Positions 1-7,396 of a stretch of 35,039 nt of DNA are shown here, piece by piece (the stretch's first letter is position 1; each line of letters begins with the position of its first letter). The position numbers and the translations under genes were made by a program. Below the pieces are notes generated by a model. The model was not told the DNA's origin. It searched no databases and was given only the letters and a program-made list of their open reading frames with translations. The DNA comes from a virus (lineage: Duplodnaviria > Caudoviricetes): IMG/VR virus record IMGVR_UViG_3300035039_000258, positions 1 through 35,039 of that record. The stretch is one strand, 5' to 3'.

Positions 1-208
1 TGTGCAGGGGGGTGATAACTGAGAGGGGAAACATGTTATAAGTCTATGACGGGTTGGATGACCTGGTGGGTGGGGGGCTCCGATTCTAGGCCGATTTCAA
101 AGTTGTTTTGATGTAGATACTTTAGCCGGACTTTAACCATATTTTTCCAAGACCAATTGCATACTTTTCCATACCTTATTATATAACCGCATCTGAGCTT
201 GACTGATA

Positions 209-1054
209 TCAACTATGAGCTTTAACATTGACGGCGTGGTATGAAAGGACAGTAGTTTCTCCGAGAGCGTTCACTTCCAATTCTCTTTCTGCAGTAATCG
301 TTACCAATGGTGCCTTAAAAGCATCTATATAATCGTCTGTTGCTCCCGATTTCGCTATAAAGGGTTTGGATATGGATGTATCTCCTGTATATATTTCCAG
401 GATACCTTTCATGGTTTTTTTGTTGAAACGAATTATATTGCACGCCAGGCTCACAAGATTTTCGTCCGTATACTTTTTGGTGCGCCCTTTATAATCCTTA
501 TAATTTTGTTTGTTGAATTCAAGTTGGCCATAGTCAGGGCGATCGATAGCTTTTATATTGATATTGTCAGCCTTCCCTTTCTCGACCAAGTCGGCATACT
601 GCGAGAACCCTTTTTGTATGGAAGACGCAGCAAGGAATACGTCTGGAGTTGTAAGACACTGATCCCCATTGATGACATTAATCATAGCCCCTGGGGAATC
701 TTTTATTTCTATTTTCATAGGTTCATCGGCTTTTTTAAAGTACTTAGTGGCTACGCCGATTAAATCATACGCTGATTTGTAAAGCAACCAGGTGTGATTG
801 AAAATCTGTGGAGCCAAAGGCGCTACTGCGGTTGCCATTTCTGTTGCTACCTTTATTAATGCTGATCCAGGCTGCAGTGTCCTGAGTCTTATGGTGGCTT
901 GGAGTTGAGCGGGTATGATGTTGTATTTTTCGGCAGCCAATTTCAGACAATAATTGTAGCTACTTTCATAATTGCTCAGGACGGATATAAGGCTTTTTAT
1001 TTCATTTGAGGATTCTTTAAAGTTTTTTCCTGCTGCATATATTTGAATTTCCAT
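209..1054 (-). CDS. hypothetical protein (AT-rich accessory/moron gene)
   Basis: 281-aa ORF, SD AAGGA upstream of ATG, visibly lower GC than structural genes; no motif recognised. Confidence 0.85.
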   Translation of the reverse strand: MEIQIYAAGKNFKESSNEIKSLISVLSNYESSYNYCLKLAAEKYNIIPAQLQATIRLRTLQPGSALIKVATEMATAVAPLAPQIFNHTWLLYKSAYDLIGVATKYFKKADEPMKIEIKDSPGAMINVINGDQCLTTPDVFLAASSIQKGFSQYADLVEKGKADNINIKAIDRPDYGQLEFNKQNYKDYKGRTKKYTDENLVSLACNIIRFNKKTMKGILEIYTGDTSISKPFIAKSGATDDYIDAFKAPLVTITAERELEVNALGETTVLSYHAVNVKAHS

Positions 1055-1130
1055 GGGGTTTCCTTGATAGGTATTGTTTTTGAATTATGCAGTTTTAGAT
1101 TTTCACGTCCTTATATACAAGTTTTTTAGT

Positions 1131-1166
1131 GGCCCCTTTCCTGTCCCGGTTAGGGGCCGATTTTTT
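1131..1166 (+). terminator. stem-loop, possible intrinsic terminator
   Basis: GGCCCCT(1131-1137)...AGGGGCC(1152-1158) followed by a T-run on the + strand, in the intergenic gap. Confidence 0.4.
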
Positions 1167-1177
1167 GGGCGGGGTAT

Positions 1178-1519
1178 TTATAATACCCTGGTGAGTATTA
1201 TCGGGATGCCTCCTTCTTTTGTCAGCATGATTCCGCCGTTCTCCTGGAACTGGCATACAATTTTGTTTTCGTTGGATTTAAAAATGACCACATTGGCTTC
1301 TTCGCTTACCAGGGTTAATTTATTGTTGAATGTTTCCCCCATGGCAACGCCGGAATAAATTCCCTTGTCAAAATTGAACGTGACCGTCATGATGTCATTT
1401 TTCCAGCTACCGTTGAGTGATTCATGGAGGGGTTTAGCTGAGTTGCCACAGGCGCTGAAGATTAAAAGGGATGCAATCAAGATAACAACTGCTGTGATTC
1501 TTTTGTTGGACTGATTCAT
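1178..1519 (-). CDS. putative lipoprotein
   Basis: Basic N-terminus, hydrophobic ITAVVILIASLLIF, lipobox-like FSAC; SD GGAG upstream. Confidence 0.8.
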   Translation of the reverse strand: MNQSNKRITAVVILIASLLIFSACGNSAKPLHESLNGSWKNDIMTVTFNFDKGIYSGVAMGETFNNKLTLVSEEANVVIFKSNENKIVCQFQENGGIMLTKEGGIPIILTRVL

Positions 1520-1540
1520 GATGTGTTCTCCATTTATGGG

Positions 1541-1810
1541 TTATATATATGCCGACTCAAGCCTTGGGAATGGCGTGATGTCGTATTTGACGTTGCAGCC
1601 GCCTATTAGGTAATGGAGGCCGGTTCGGTATAGGAGGCAGTTGAAGTGTCTGATCTGGTCAATGAATTTGAAGGATAAGGGCATTGTTTCGGCTACGGCC
1701 TCCTCAACTATTATCATTGCGTCCTTCAATACGCCTTCGTCCCAGGATGTTGCCATGTAGTCAAAGATGTTCGGGGGTCTGGCGTTTGGGCGCGTCGGGC
1801 AGTTGCACAT
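1541..1810 (-). CDS. hypothetical Cys-containing protein; start uncertain (frame stays open to 1999)
   Basis: Fills the gap between repressor and lipoprotein; upstream in-frame extension has CHSC...CNC; possible CTG start at 1888 overlapping the repressor TGA. Confidence 0.55.
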   Translation of the reverse strand: MCNCPTRPNARPPNIFDYMATSWDEGVLKDAMIIVEEAVAETMPLSFKFIDQIRHFNCLLYRTGLHYLIGGCNVKYDITPFPRLESAYI

Positions 1811-1884
1811 GCCAGGCTTGATCCAGCCTTCATGGTCAAAGATAAAAAAATCATCCGGCCAGGCCCTTGTGCATGAATGGCAGA

Positions 1885-2406
1885 TCAGTTCCCATTGGCG
1901 CGGTTCTTTTGGGCTGAGGGCTGGATCTCCCTCGGACCCTGGCGGATTTTTCGAGTTTTTTTTAAGAAGCTCTTCCTTTCTATTTTCCGCTTTATAATTT
2001 CATGCACTTCGTCGAATCCATCCTGGTCGATCTCTTCCAAAATCAGCAGGTCTTCGTTGATTTCCTTTGCTTTCTCAGGACGCTTAAATCCTTTAACTAT
2101 ATCTTGATGCTCTGTTATTACGGATTGCTTTTGGGGTAATGGCTCTGGGTTTTCATTAATTTTTTGGGCGGTCTCTCCAAATAGCAACCAATCTGCTGTT
2201 ACATCAAATGATTCAACTATTTTTATTATAGCGCTGGCTGAAGGCTCATATTTATTATTCTCAAGGCCACTAATATTGCTTTTTTTGAGACCTGTTCTTT
2301 TGGCAAACTGGTCTTGTGTGAGCCCCGATTTGAGCCGTATGAATGCAATCCTGCTTCCTATTTTTGACAAATCAAGTCCAGATATCTGTATATTTCTTCT
2401 TGACAT
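1885..2406 (-). CDS. XRE/CI-family HTH immunity repressor
   Basis: IGSRIAFIRLKSGLTQDQFAKRTGLKKSNISGLENNKYEPS...VTADWLLFGE is a canonical HTH_3 pattern; divergent from the Ner-like gene. Confidence 0.9.
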   Translation of the reverse strand: MSRRNIQISGLDLSKIGSRIAFIRLKSGLTQDQFAKRTGLKKSNISGLENNKYEPSASAIIKIVESFDVTADWLLFGETAQKINENPEPLPQKQSVITEHQDIVKGFKRPEKAKEINEDLLILEEIDQDGFDEVHEIIKRKIERKSFLKKTRKIRQGPREIQPSAQKNRANGN

Positions 2407-2451
2407 GGTACATTTTTCTGTATATCAATTAAGCATGTTTATTTTTCTGTA
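2379..2451. promoter_or_regulatory. lysis/lysogeny switch region: rightward promoter plus operator-like repeats
   Basis: TTGACA (2400-2405)-17 bp-TATCAA; direct repeat ATTTTTCTGTA at 2412-2422 and 2441-2451; palindrome CAGATATCTG at 2379-2388. Confidence 0.6.
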
Positions 2452-2495
2452 CAAAAAAACAACGCAAAACAATTTAGTCTAAAAAAGGAATCACA

Positions 2496-2774
2496 ATGCA
2501 AAAGCAAAACATGACTCCTAAAGAAATTATCAACACCCTTAATGACCGGGGCATCAGTCAATCCGGTCTTGCAAGGGACCTCGACCGCTCCCCTTCTCAT
2601 ATCGGCCGGGTGATACGTGACCCGAAGCGCAGTTGGTCGGTGGCGTGCCATGTAGCCAAGGCGCTTGGCAAAAAGCCGGAAGAGGTGTGGCCTGAAACAT
2701 TTACGCCTGATCAGCCGGCACCGAAGGTTGGCAGGCCTTTGGGTTGTGGCCTTTTTGATCACCAGGCTGCATAG
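2496..2774 (+). CDS. ner: Ner/Cro-like DNA-binding protein (paralogue 1)
   Basis: MTPKEI..L..RGISQSGLA...AKALGKKPEEVWP matches the Mu Ner/Nlp pattern; first early gene; SD AAGGA. Confidence 0.85.
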   Translation: MQKQNMTPKEIINTLNDRGISQSGLARDLDRSPSHIGRVIRDPKRSWSVACHVAKALGKKPEEVWPETFTPDQPAPKVGRPLGCGLFDHQAA

Positions 2775-2779
2775 GATGA

Positions 2780-2827
2780 CAATCTCTATAAAGGATACAC
2801 TTATGTCAAATTCAGGCAAGTTTCAAG
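2780..2827. repeat. 48-bp direct repeat, copy 1
   Basis: CAATCTCTATAAAGGATACACTTATGTCAAATTCAGGCAAGTTTCAAG; copy 2 is at 3229-3275. Confidence 0.95.
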
Positions 2828-2970
2828 GTCCTTTCGCTGATAAATTTTCCGGTTTCAAACCGTTTTTTGAAATATCCAGGCAAATCCGTGAGGATTGGAA
2901 AAAGTTTGTCAGCAACCAGGATGAACAGGCGGTGAGGGTTATTTGTAAAATTAATCTTACTAAAAAAATC

Positions 2971-3219
2971 ATGACCCCTGCACAAATCAAATATGAATTG
3001 GAGAAAGCCGGTTACACCCAGGTCCGGGTGGCCGATGAATTCGGGGTGAGCCAGCCGAGCGTCAACCTTGTGATCCACAACAAGGGAACCAGTCACGGCC
3101 TGCGCTGCTTTATTGCCAAAATCATCGGGCGGGATGTAACGGAACTCTGGGATATCAAAACAAACCCCACCAAGGCCGGGCGTCCTGATTCCAGGGTGCG
3201 TCAACATGCCGCAGCCTAA
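2971..3219 (+). CDS. Ner/Cro-like DNA-binding protein (paralogue 2); alternative in-frame start at 2803
   Basis: MTPAQIKYELEKAGYTQVRVADEFGVSQPSV...AKIIGRDVTELW aligns with paralogue 1; SD AAGGA precedes the ATG at 2803. Confidence 0.8.
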   Translation: MTPAQIKYELEKAGYTQVRVADEFGVSQPSVNLVIHNKGTSHGLRCFIAKIIGRDVTELWDIKTNPTKAGRPDSRVRQHAAA

Positions 3220-3228
3220 CGCGATCAC

Positions 3229-3275
3229 CAATCTCTATAAGGATACACTTATGTCAAATTCAGGCAATTTTCAAG
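3229..3275. repeat. 47-bp direct repeat, copy 2
   Basis: Differs from copy 1 by one A deletion and one G>T substitution. Confidence 0.95.
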
Positions 3276-3280
3276 CCTTG

Positions 3281-3721
3281 TTAGCCAAATACCGGCGGAA
3301 GCTGCACATCAAACGCTTTGGTGTGATCGATAAATTCCGTTTTGCATTCCGGGCAAGTATAGACCGTGCCGGAAGCATTCCGCCTTGTAATGTTAAGTGG
3401 AAAGGCCTTCTTTTCCTGAAAGCATCTTGTACAAACGTTATGCCTCGGCTCTCCTCCCTGGCCATCCGGATTGGACGCGTATACGAACACACCGGGAGCC
3501 AGTTCGGCAAGAGAGTAGTTTTGGGCTATTTTTTCCCAGTTTTCGTGCTCCACCAGCTTTGCTTCCAGTTTTTGTTTGATTTCAATCAAGTCCGCATTCT
3601 TTTCCTGGAGGGAGAGGATGATGTTCTGGAGCTTAATGAGATCCTCTCTGGCGGGTGTTTCTTTAATTATATCAAGAATGTTTTTGATGAGCGAAGAGGC
3701 TGTTTGGACAGATGACAGCAT
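3281..3721 (-). CDS. coiled-coil + zinc-ribbon hypothetical protein (antisense moron)
   Basis: SD AAGGAG; heptad-rich N-half; CTRC...CPEC; own promoter at 3757-3785. Confidence 0.85.
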   Translation of the reverse strand: MLSSVQTASSLIKNILDIIKETPAREDLIKLQNIILSLQEKNADLIEIKQKLEAKLVEHENWEKIAQNYSLAELAPGVFVYASNPDGQGGEPRHNVCTRCFQEKKAFPLNITRRNASGTVYTCPECKTEFIDHTKAFDVQLPPVFG

Positions 3722-3756
3722 TTTGGTTCTCCTTTTTAAATAAGGGGTTTGGGGGA

Positions 3757-3785
3757 TTTATATGAAACATACCAAAGTAAATCAA
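3757..3785 (-). promoter_or_regulatory. leftward sigma70-like promoter
   Basis: Minus strand TTGATT-17 bp-TATAAA upstream of 3281..3721. Confidence 0.65.
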
Positions 3786-3806
3786 GCCGGTTAACAGGAG
3801 GATATT

Positions 3807-4178
3807 ATGCCACAAGAACAGGTAAAAGCATGCCCGGAAGTTACGCAAATGCTTCTGGAAGCGGCTGTGATGGATCTGGAGGATGCCCTTGCCGGCCGCT
3901 GCCTGACAGACGGTCCGGTCCGGGCTTGTCTGCAACGGATCAAGAATATGCTGGACAGGCTTCAGGCAGACGAACCCGGCAACGGGGAGGAGATTATGAA
4001 ACAAACCAAGGTTTTTCCGGGTTACACCCAATTTTACACCTATCATCGCGGGGAGCGGACCATTCTGATGGAACGGACCCGGCATGCCCAGGGCGGTCAA
4101 GTGGTTCACCGGCAGGTGCTGGAGTTTGATACGGCTGTGGAGGCGCAGCGGCATTTTGACACTCAGTGCGGGGTATAG
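3807..4178 (+). CDS. hypothetical protein (second in-frame SD+ATG at 3996)
   Basis: SD AGGAGG before 3807; GGAGGAG-att-ATG at 3996. Confidence 0.75.
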   Translation: MPQEQVKACPEVTQMLLEAAVMDLEDALAGRCLTDGPVRACLQRIKNMLDRLQADEPGNGEEIMKQTKVFPGYTQFYTYHRGERTILMERTRHAQGGQVVHRQVLEFDTAVEAQRHFDTQCGV

Positions 4179-4200
4179 TTTTTTCACAAGGATGGATATC

Positions 4201-4710
4201 ATGAAAAACACTCCTGTTTTTAAAGATCTTTTTGTTCAACTTAAACAAATGGCTGCCGAAGGGGCTACCCAGAAAGAACTTGTTGCGGCGTTTCTGGATA
4301 CGACTCCTGCCGGGAGCCGCCGTTTGCCATATGGGGCTGCCTGGGAGGTTTTGCATGCCAGGGGCGTCATCACGCCACAGACCCGCCGTGTCAAGGCGAG
4401 TGACGGACGAAAATGGCCTGACGGTGCCGTGCCGTTTGTTCCTCCGGAGGTTACATCCTGGCGTGAAGAATGTGACGCGGCCGTGCAAAAGGCTATCGAA
4501 GACGGGTGGCTCACTATTTCTTCTGTGGATGCCCTTGATCTTAAGGCTCTGAGGGCTTCCTGTGCAACCGATGAAGAGGCGATTGAAGCGCTTTGTGGTA
4601 TCGAAATCTCTCCGAGTATAGGCAAGCTTAAATATGAATATGCCCGGATTATCCTGGAAGAGGAACATCTGATTACTCGCCGGAGTGATAATCAAGTATC
4701 GGAGGAATAA
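4201..4710 (+). CDS. hypothetical protein
   Basis: ORF in early-operon orientation; SD-like AAGGATGGA upstream; start could be 4192. Confidence 0.7.
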   Translation: MKNTPVFKDLFVQLKQMAAEGATQKELVAAFLDTTPAGSRRLPYGAAWEVLHARGVITPQTRRVKASDGRKWPDGAVPFVPPEVTSWREECDAAVQKAIEDGWLTISSVDALDLKALRASCATDEEAIEALCGIEISPSIGKLKYEYARIILEEEHLITRRSDNQVSEE

Positions 4711-5215
4711 ATTGAAGCGGGTCCTTGTCTATCGGAGAAAAGAGGTCGAGCTGGAACCAATGCCGTCCAAGGATGTACTGGGTGTTATGTACTTCATGGA
4801 AGGAGTACATGAATTCCTGGGTCACCATCCTCTGCGGTGTCAGTCCGCACTTTCTGCAGGTCCAGCTAATGACCTTATCCGTATTGCGGATGGGTATTTT
4901 ATGGGGCTCACCGCATTTCTGGCAGATAAAGGACAGTTCCGATATTTGATGCTGATCCCTGGGGCTCAATTTGTTGTCGTTGTCTGCATGCCAATCTACA
5001 AGCAAAAATCCTTCTATTTCCAGAAACCTTATCATATTCGCAAATCTCGGATAGAAGCTAAAAAAAGTATTCAAAAGTTTTGTGTCGCCGCATTTGAGGC
5101 CGCAATGGGGGCATGTCAAATCCGAAGTTTCCATAACAACAATGGAGAGTTTATCCGGAAGAACGAACTGGTGAAGGCATTTTCGGCAAATGAAATGGGC
5201 GTCTTTGGGGAACAT
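4673..5215 (-). CDS. protein with four CxxC motifs (two zinc ribbons; antisense moron)
   Basis: SD TAAGGAG; CRKC, CPHC, CQKC, CRKC; own promoter at 5258-5286. Confidence 0.8.
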   Translation of the reverse strand: MFPKDAHFICRKCLHQFVLPDKLSIVVMETSDLTCPHCGLKCGDTKLLNTFFSFYPRFANMIRFLEIEGFLLVDWHADNDNKLSPRDQHQISELSFICQKCGEPHKIPIRNTDKVISWTCRKCGLTPQRMVTQEFMYSFHEVHNTQYILGRHWFQLDLFSPIDKDPLQFIPPILDYHSGE

Positions 5216-5257
5216 ATTTTCTCCTTATTTAAAGGGTTCTGTTTTGATTCCAGGCGT

Positions 5258-5286
5258 AGCGTATCGGCATCGGGCAAAGATTGCAA
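5258..5286 (-). promoter_or_regulatory. leftward sigma70-like promoter
   Basis: Minus strand TTGCAA-17 bp-TACGCT upstream of 4673..5215. Confidence 0.6.
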
Positions 5287-5328
5287 AGGAGTTTTGAAAG
5301 TTTTTTCGGACAAAAACAGATGGAATTT

Positions 5329-5346
5329 ACTGTCAATTCTGACAGT
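5329..5346. promoter_or_regulatory. operator-like inverted repeat
   Basis: ACTGTCA-ATTC-TGACAGT, perfect 7-4-7 palindrome just upstream of 5376. Confidence 0.45.
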
Positions 5347-5375
5347 GGAAAACGGACATTAAAAAGGAATCCGCT

Positions 5376-5918
5376 ATGGCACGTAGAACAATTCATGATC
5401 CAAACCAACCCATGCTTCCCGGGTTTGAGGGTGCAGGTAAAGAAGCGATCTGCCAGGTCTATGACGAATATAAAAAAATGGATCAGGCGTTGAGGAATAT
5501 TATCAAAACAAATCCGGCGCGGCCCGGGGTGGAAGATGAGTATGAGCTCTGCCAGGAGATCGGGGTGGCACTTATGCAGGAGATCCGGGAGTCGGGTATT
5601 TCCCGGGATGATTTTGCAGACCGGGTGAATGAGTTTTTTGGCCGGACGGAAGAGAGGTATGCGCTCAAAAAATGCCGCAAACCCTTAACCAAGGCAGATG
5701 TGGATAAGTGGATTTCCGATTCAGCAAACCGGCCGGTGCACGGATATTACCTGTTTGCCTTCCAGCATGTTTTAGACGGGTTTGGGGTGACAAATAGTAT
5801 TGTCGGGGCTAAAGGCGGGCAGGTGATGAGCCAGGAGGAGCGCAGGCTGCTTGCTTTGGCCCAGCTCAGCGAATTAGAGGCACGTCTCAGGGAGACCAAG
5901 AAAGCGCTTAAACAATAA
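5376..5918 (+). CDS. hypothetical phage early protein (possible regulator)
   Basis: 180-aa ORF, SD AAGGA, tight operon packing. Confidence 0.8.
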   Translation: MARRTIHDPNQPMLPGFEGAGKEAICQVYDEYKKMDQALRNIIKTNPARPGVEDEYELCQEIGVALMQEIRESGISRDDFADRVNEFFGRTEERYALKKCRKPLTKADVDKWISDSANRPVHGYYLFAFQHVLDGFGVTNSIVGAKGGQVMSQEERRLLALAQLSELEARLRETKKALKQ

Positions 5919-5927
5919 GGAGAAGTT

Positions 5928-6239
5928 ATGACCAAAATGTTGCCAAAGCAGACAGTTGAGCGGATGACGGAAATTATCAAGGATGCTGTTGCTTTTGCCG
6001 GGACCCGGGACACGGCGCTTGTGGCGATGTTGTCGCCAGGGCACGGGATACCCCTGGCGTATACCTGCGGGGCGGTGCTGGACCATGACATGGTCCGGAT
6101 CGAGTCCTTTTGCCTGGGCTGGGGCGCGGTGTGCGGGATGGTTACGGCTGAGGATTATCCGGACAGCCCCATGCCGGTGCGGCTGCCGCTGAAGGATGTA
6201 GTGTGGATCTGTCCTGAAGTTGTGGAGGTGAAGATATGA
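5928..6239 (+). CDS. hypothetical protein
   Basis: SD TAAGGAG; ATGA overlap with the next gene. Confidence 0.75.
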   Translation: MTKMLPKQTVERMTEIIKDAVAFAGTRDTALVAMLSPGHGIPLAYTCGAVLDHDMVRIESFCLGWGAVCGMVTAEDYPDSPMPVRLPLKDVVWICPEVVEVKI

Positions 6240-6529
6240 AATCGTACACAAAGATTGGAGCGGTTGAGAAGGCCATTGAGATAATAAAATTCATGGCCCA
6301 GGAGATTCAGCCTGTGTCCCCAACGGAGATCAGCAATGCTGTCGGGATGAAATTCGGGACCGTCATGAGCCACCTGGCTACACTCGAGGCGGGCGGGCTG
6401 GTCCAGAAGCGGTATGAACGGTATGAGCTGGGTGTTTATTTGGGGGTAGTTTGGGAGTCCATTAAGCAATCAAGGACGTCTATGCGCAACTTTGCACATA
6501 ACGATTTAGAAAAAATAGGAGCTATTTAG
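6236..6529 (+). CDS. IclR-type winged HTH protein
   Basis: AVEKAIEIIKFMA...SPTEISNAVGMKFGTVMSHLATLEAGGLV is an IclR N-terminal HTH pattern. Confidence 0.85.
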   Translation: MKSYTKIGAVEKAIEIIKFMAQEIQPVSPTEISNAVGMKFGTVMSHLATLEAGGLVQKRYERYELGVYLGVVWESIKQSRTSMRNFAHNDLEKIGAI

Positions 6530-7396
6530 ATGAGAGATATCAATGTTGCGGCAATAGAATCGGCTGTGGATATAGCCTCAAAGGAAGCTGATGCAAAGTT
6601 GGCCCAGATGGAGGCAGATATTGAAGCCATTCGTGATGAATCTGAAGTTGCAGGTATTGTCAAGGCGTCAAACGCCCAGAAGGCTTATAGCGAGTTTGTT
6701 AAGTATGCGTCCTTATATGGCCTCAAGCAAAGGAAAGACTACAAGAGCCAAGGGATGACATGGGCTGAATACTGTGAGCGCATTGGTGAATCACAGCGTT
6801 CTGTTGATAGAATTTTAAACGATATTGGGCCGATTGTTGATGATTTTTCTGCCAAATTGGCAGATACGCTTGGGTTACCGTTTAATAAAATCAGGATGTT
6901 AGGAAAGAAAGTGGGCGAAGGTTTCGGCAAATTGGCAGAAAATGAACTCATCATCAACGATGAAATCATCCCCCTGACTCCAGACAATAAAGATGAAATC
7001 GTTGCTGCAATAGATTCCCTCGTCGACACCCACAAAAAAGAACAAAAAGAACTCAAAGCCAAATTAGACCGGGCCACAAAAGAGACAGACAAAATTGTGG
7101 ATGAGGCTACCAAGGGTCTGACACTGGAGCGGGATGCCCTGATCAAGGAGGTAGGACGGCTTAAGCCATTTGATCCTTCCGGGGAGGATGTGTCCTGGAG
7201 TAAGGAGCATATGGAGAAGATCCACGAACTGACCGGAGAACTGGCGGTGAAGTGCCGTCAGTTTATCATGGATGACAGGCTCAAGGAGCGGGAACACCGG
7301 CAATTACAGGCACAAGTGGAGATGTACTTGCAGCAGGCGGAGTTTGCCCTGCAGGATCTGCGGGCGGATTGGATGGATAAGTTTGTGACGGAGTGA
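6530..7396 (+). CDS. DUF3102-like / coiled-coil protein upstream of transposase
   Basis: YKSQGMTWAEYCERIGESQRSVDR motif; coiled-coil C-half; typical position before MuA-like genes. Confidence 0.7.
   Translation: MRDINVAAIESAVDIASKEADAKLAQMEADIEAIRDESEVAGIVKASNAQKAYSEFVKYASLYGLKQRKDYKSQGMTWAEYCERIGESQRSVDRILNDIGPIVDDFSAKLADTLGLPFNKIRMLGKKVGEGFGKLAENELIINDEIIPLTPDNKDEIVAAIDSLVDTHKKEQKELKAKLDRATKETDKIVDEATKGLTLERDALIKEVGRLKPFDPSGEDVSWSKEHMEKIHELTGELAVKCRQFIMDDRLKEREHRQLQAQVEMYLQQAEFALQDLRADWMDKFVTE

Noticed and set aside
2780-3275. Direct repeats as CRISPR array or att sites
   Set aside because: Only two copies about 449 bp apart, no cas genes and no Tyr/Ser integrase; the element integrates by DDE transposition.
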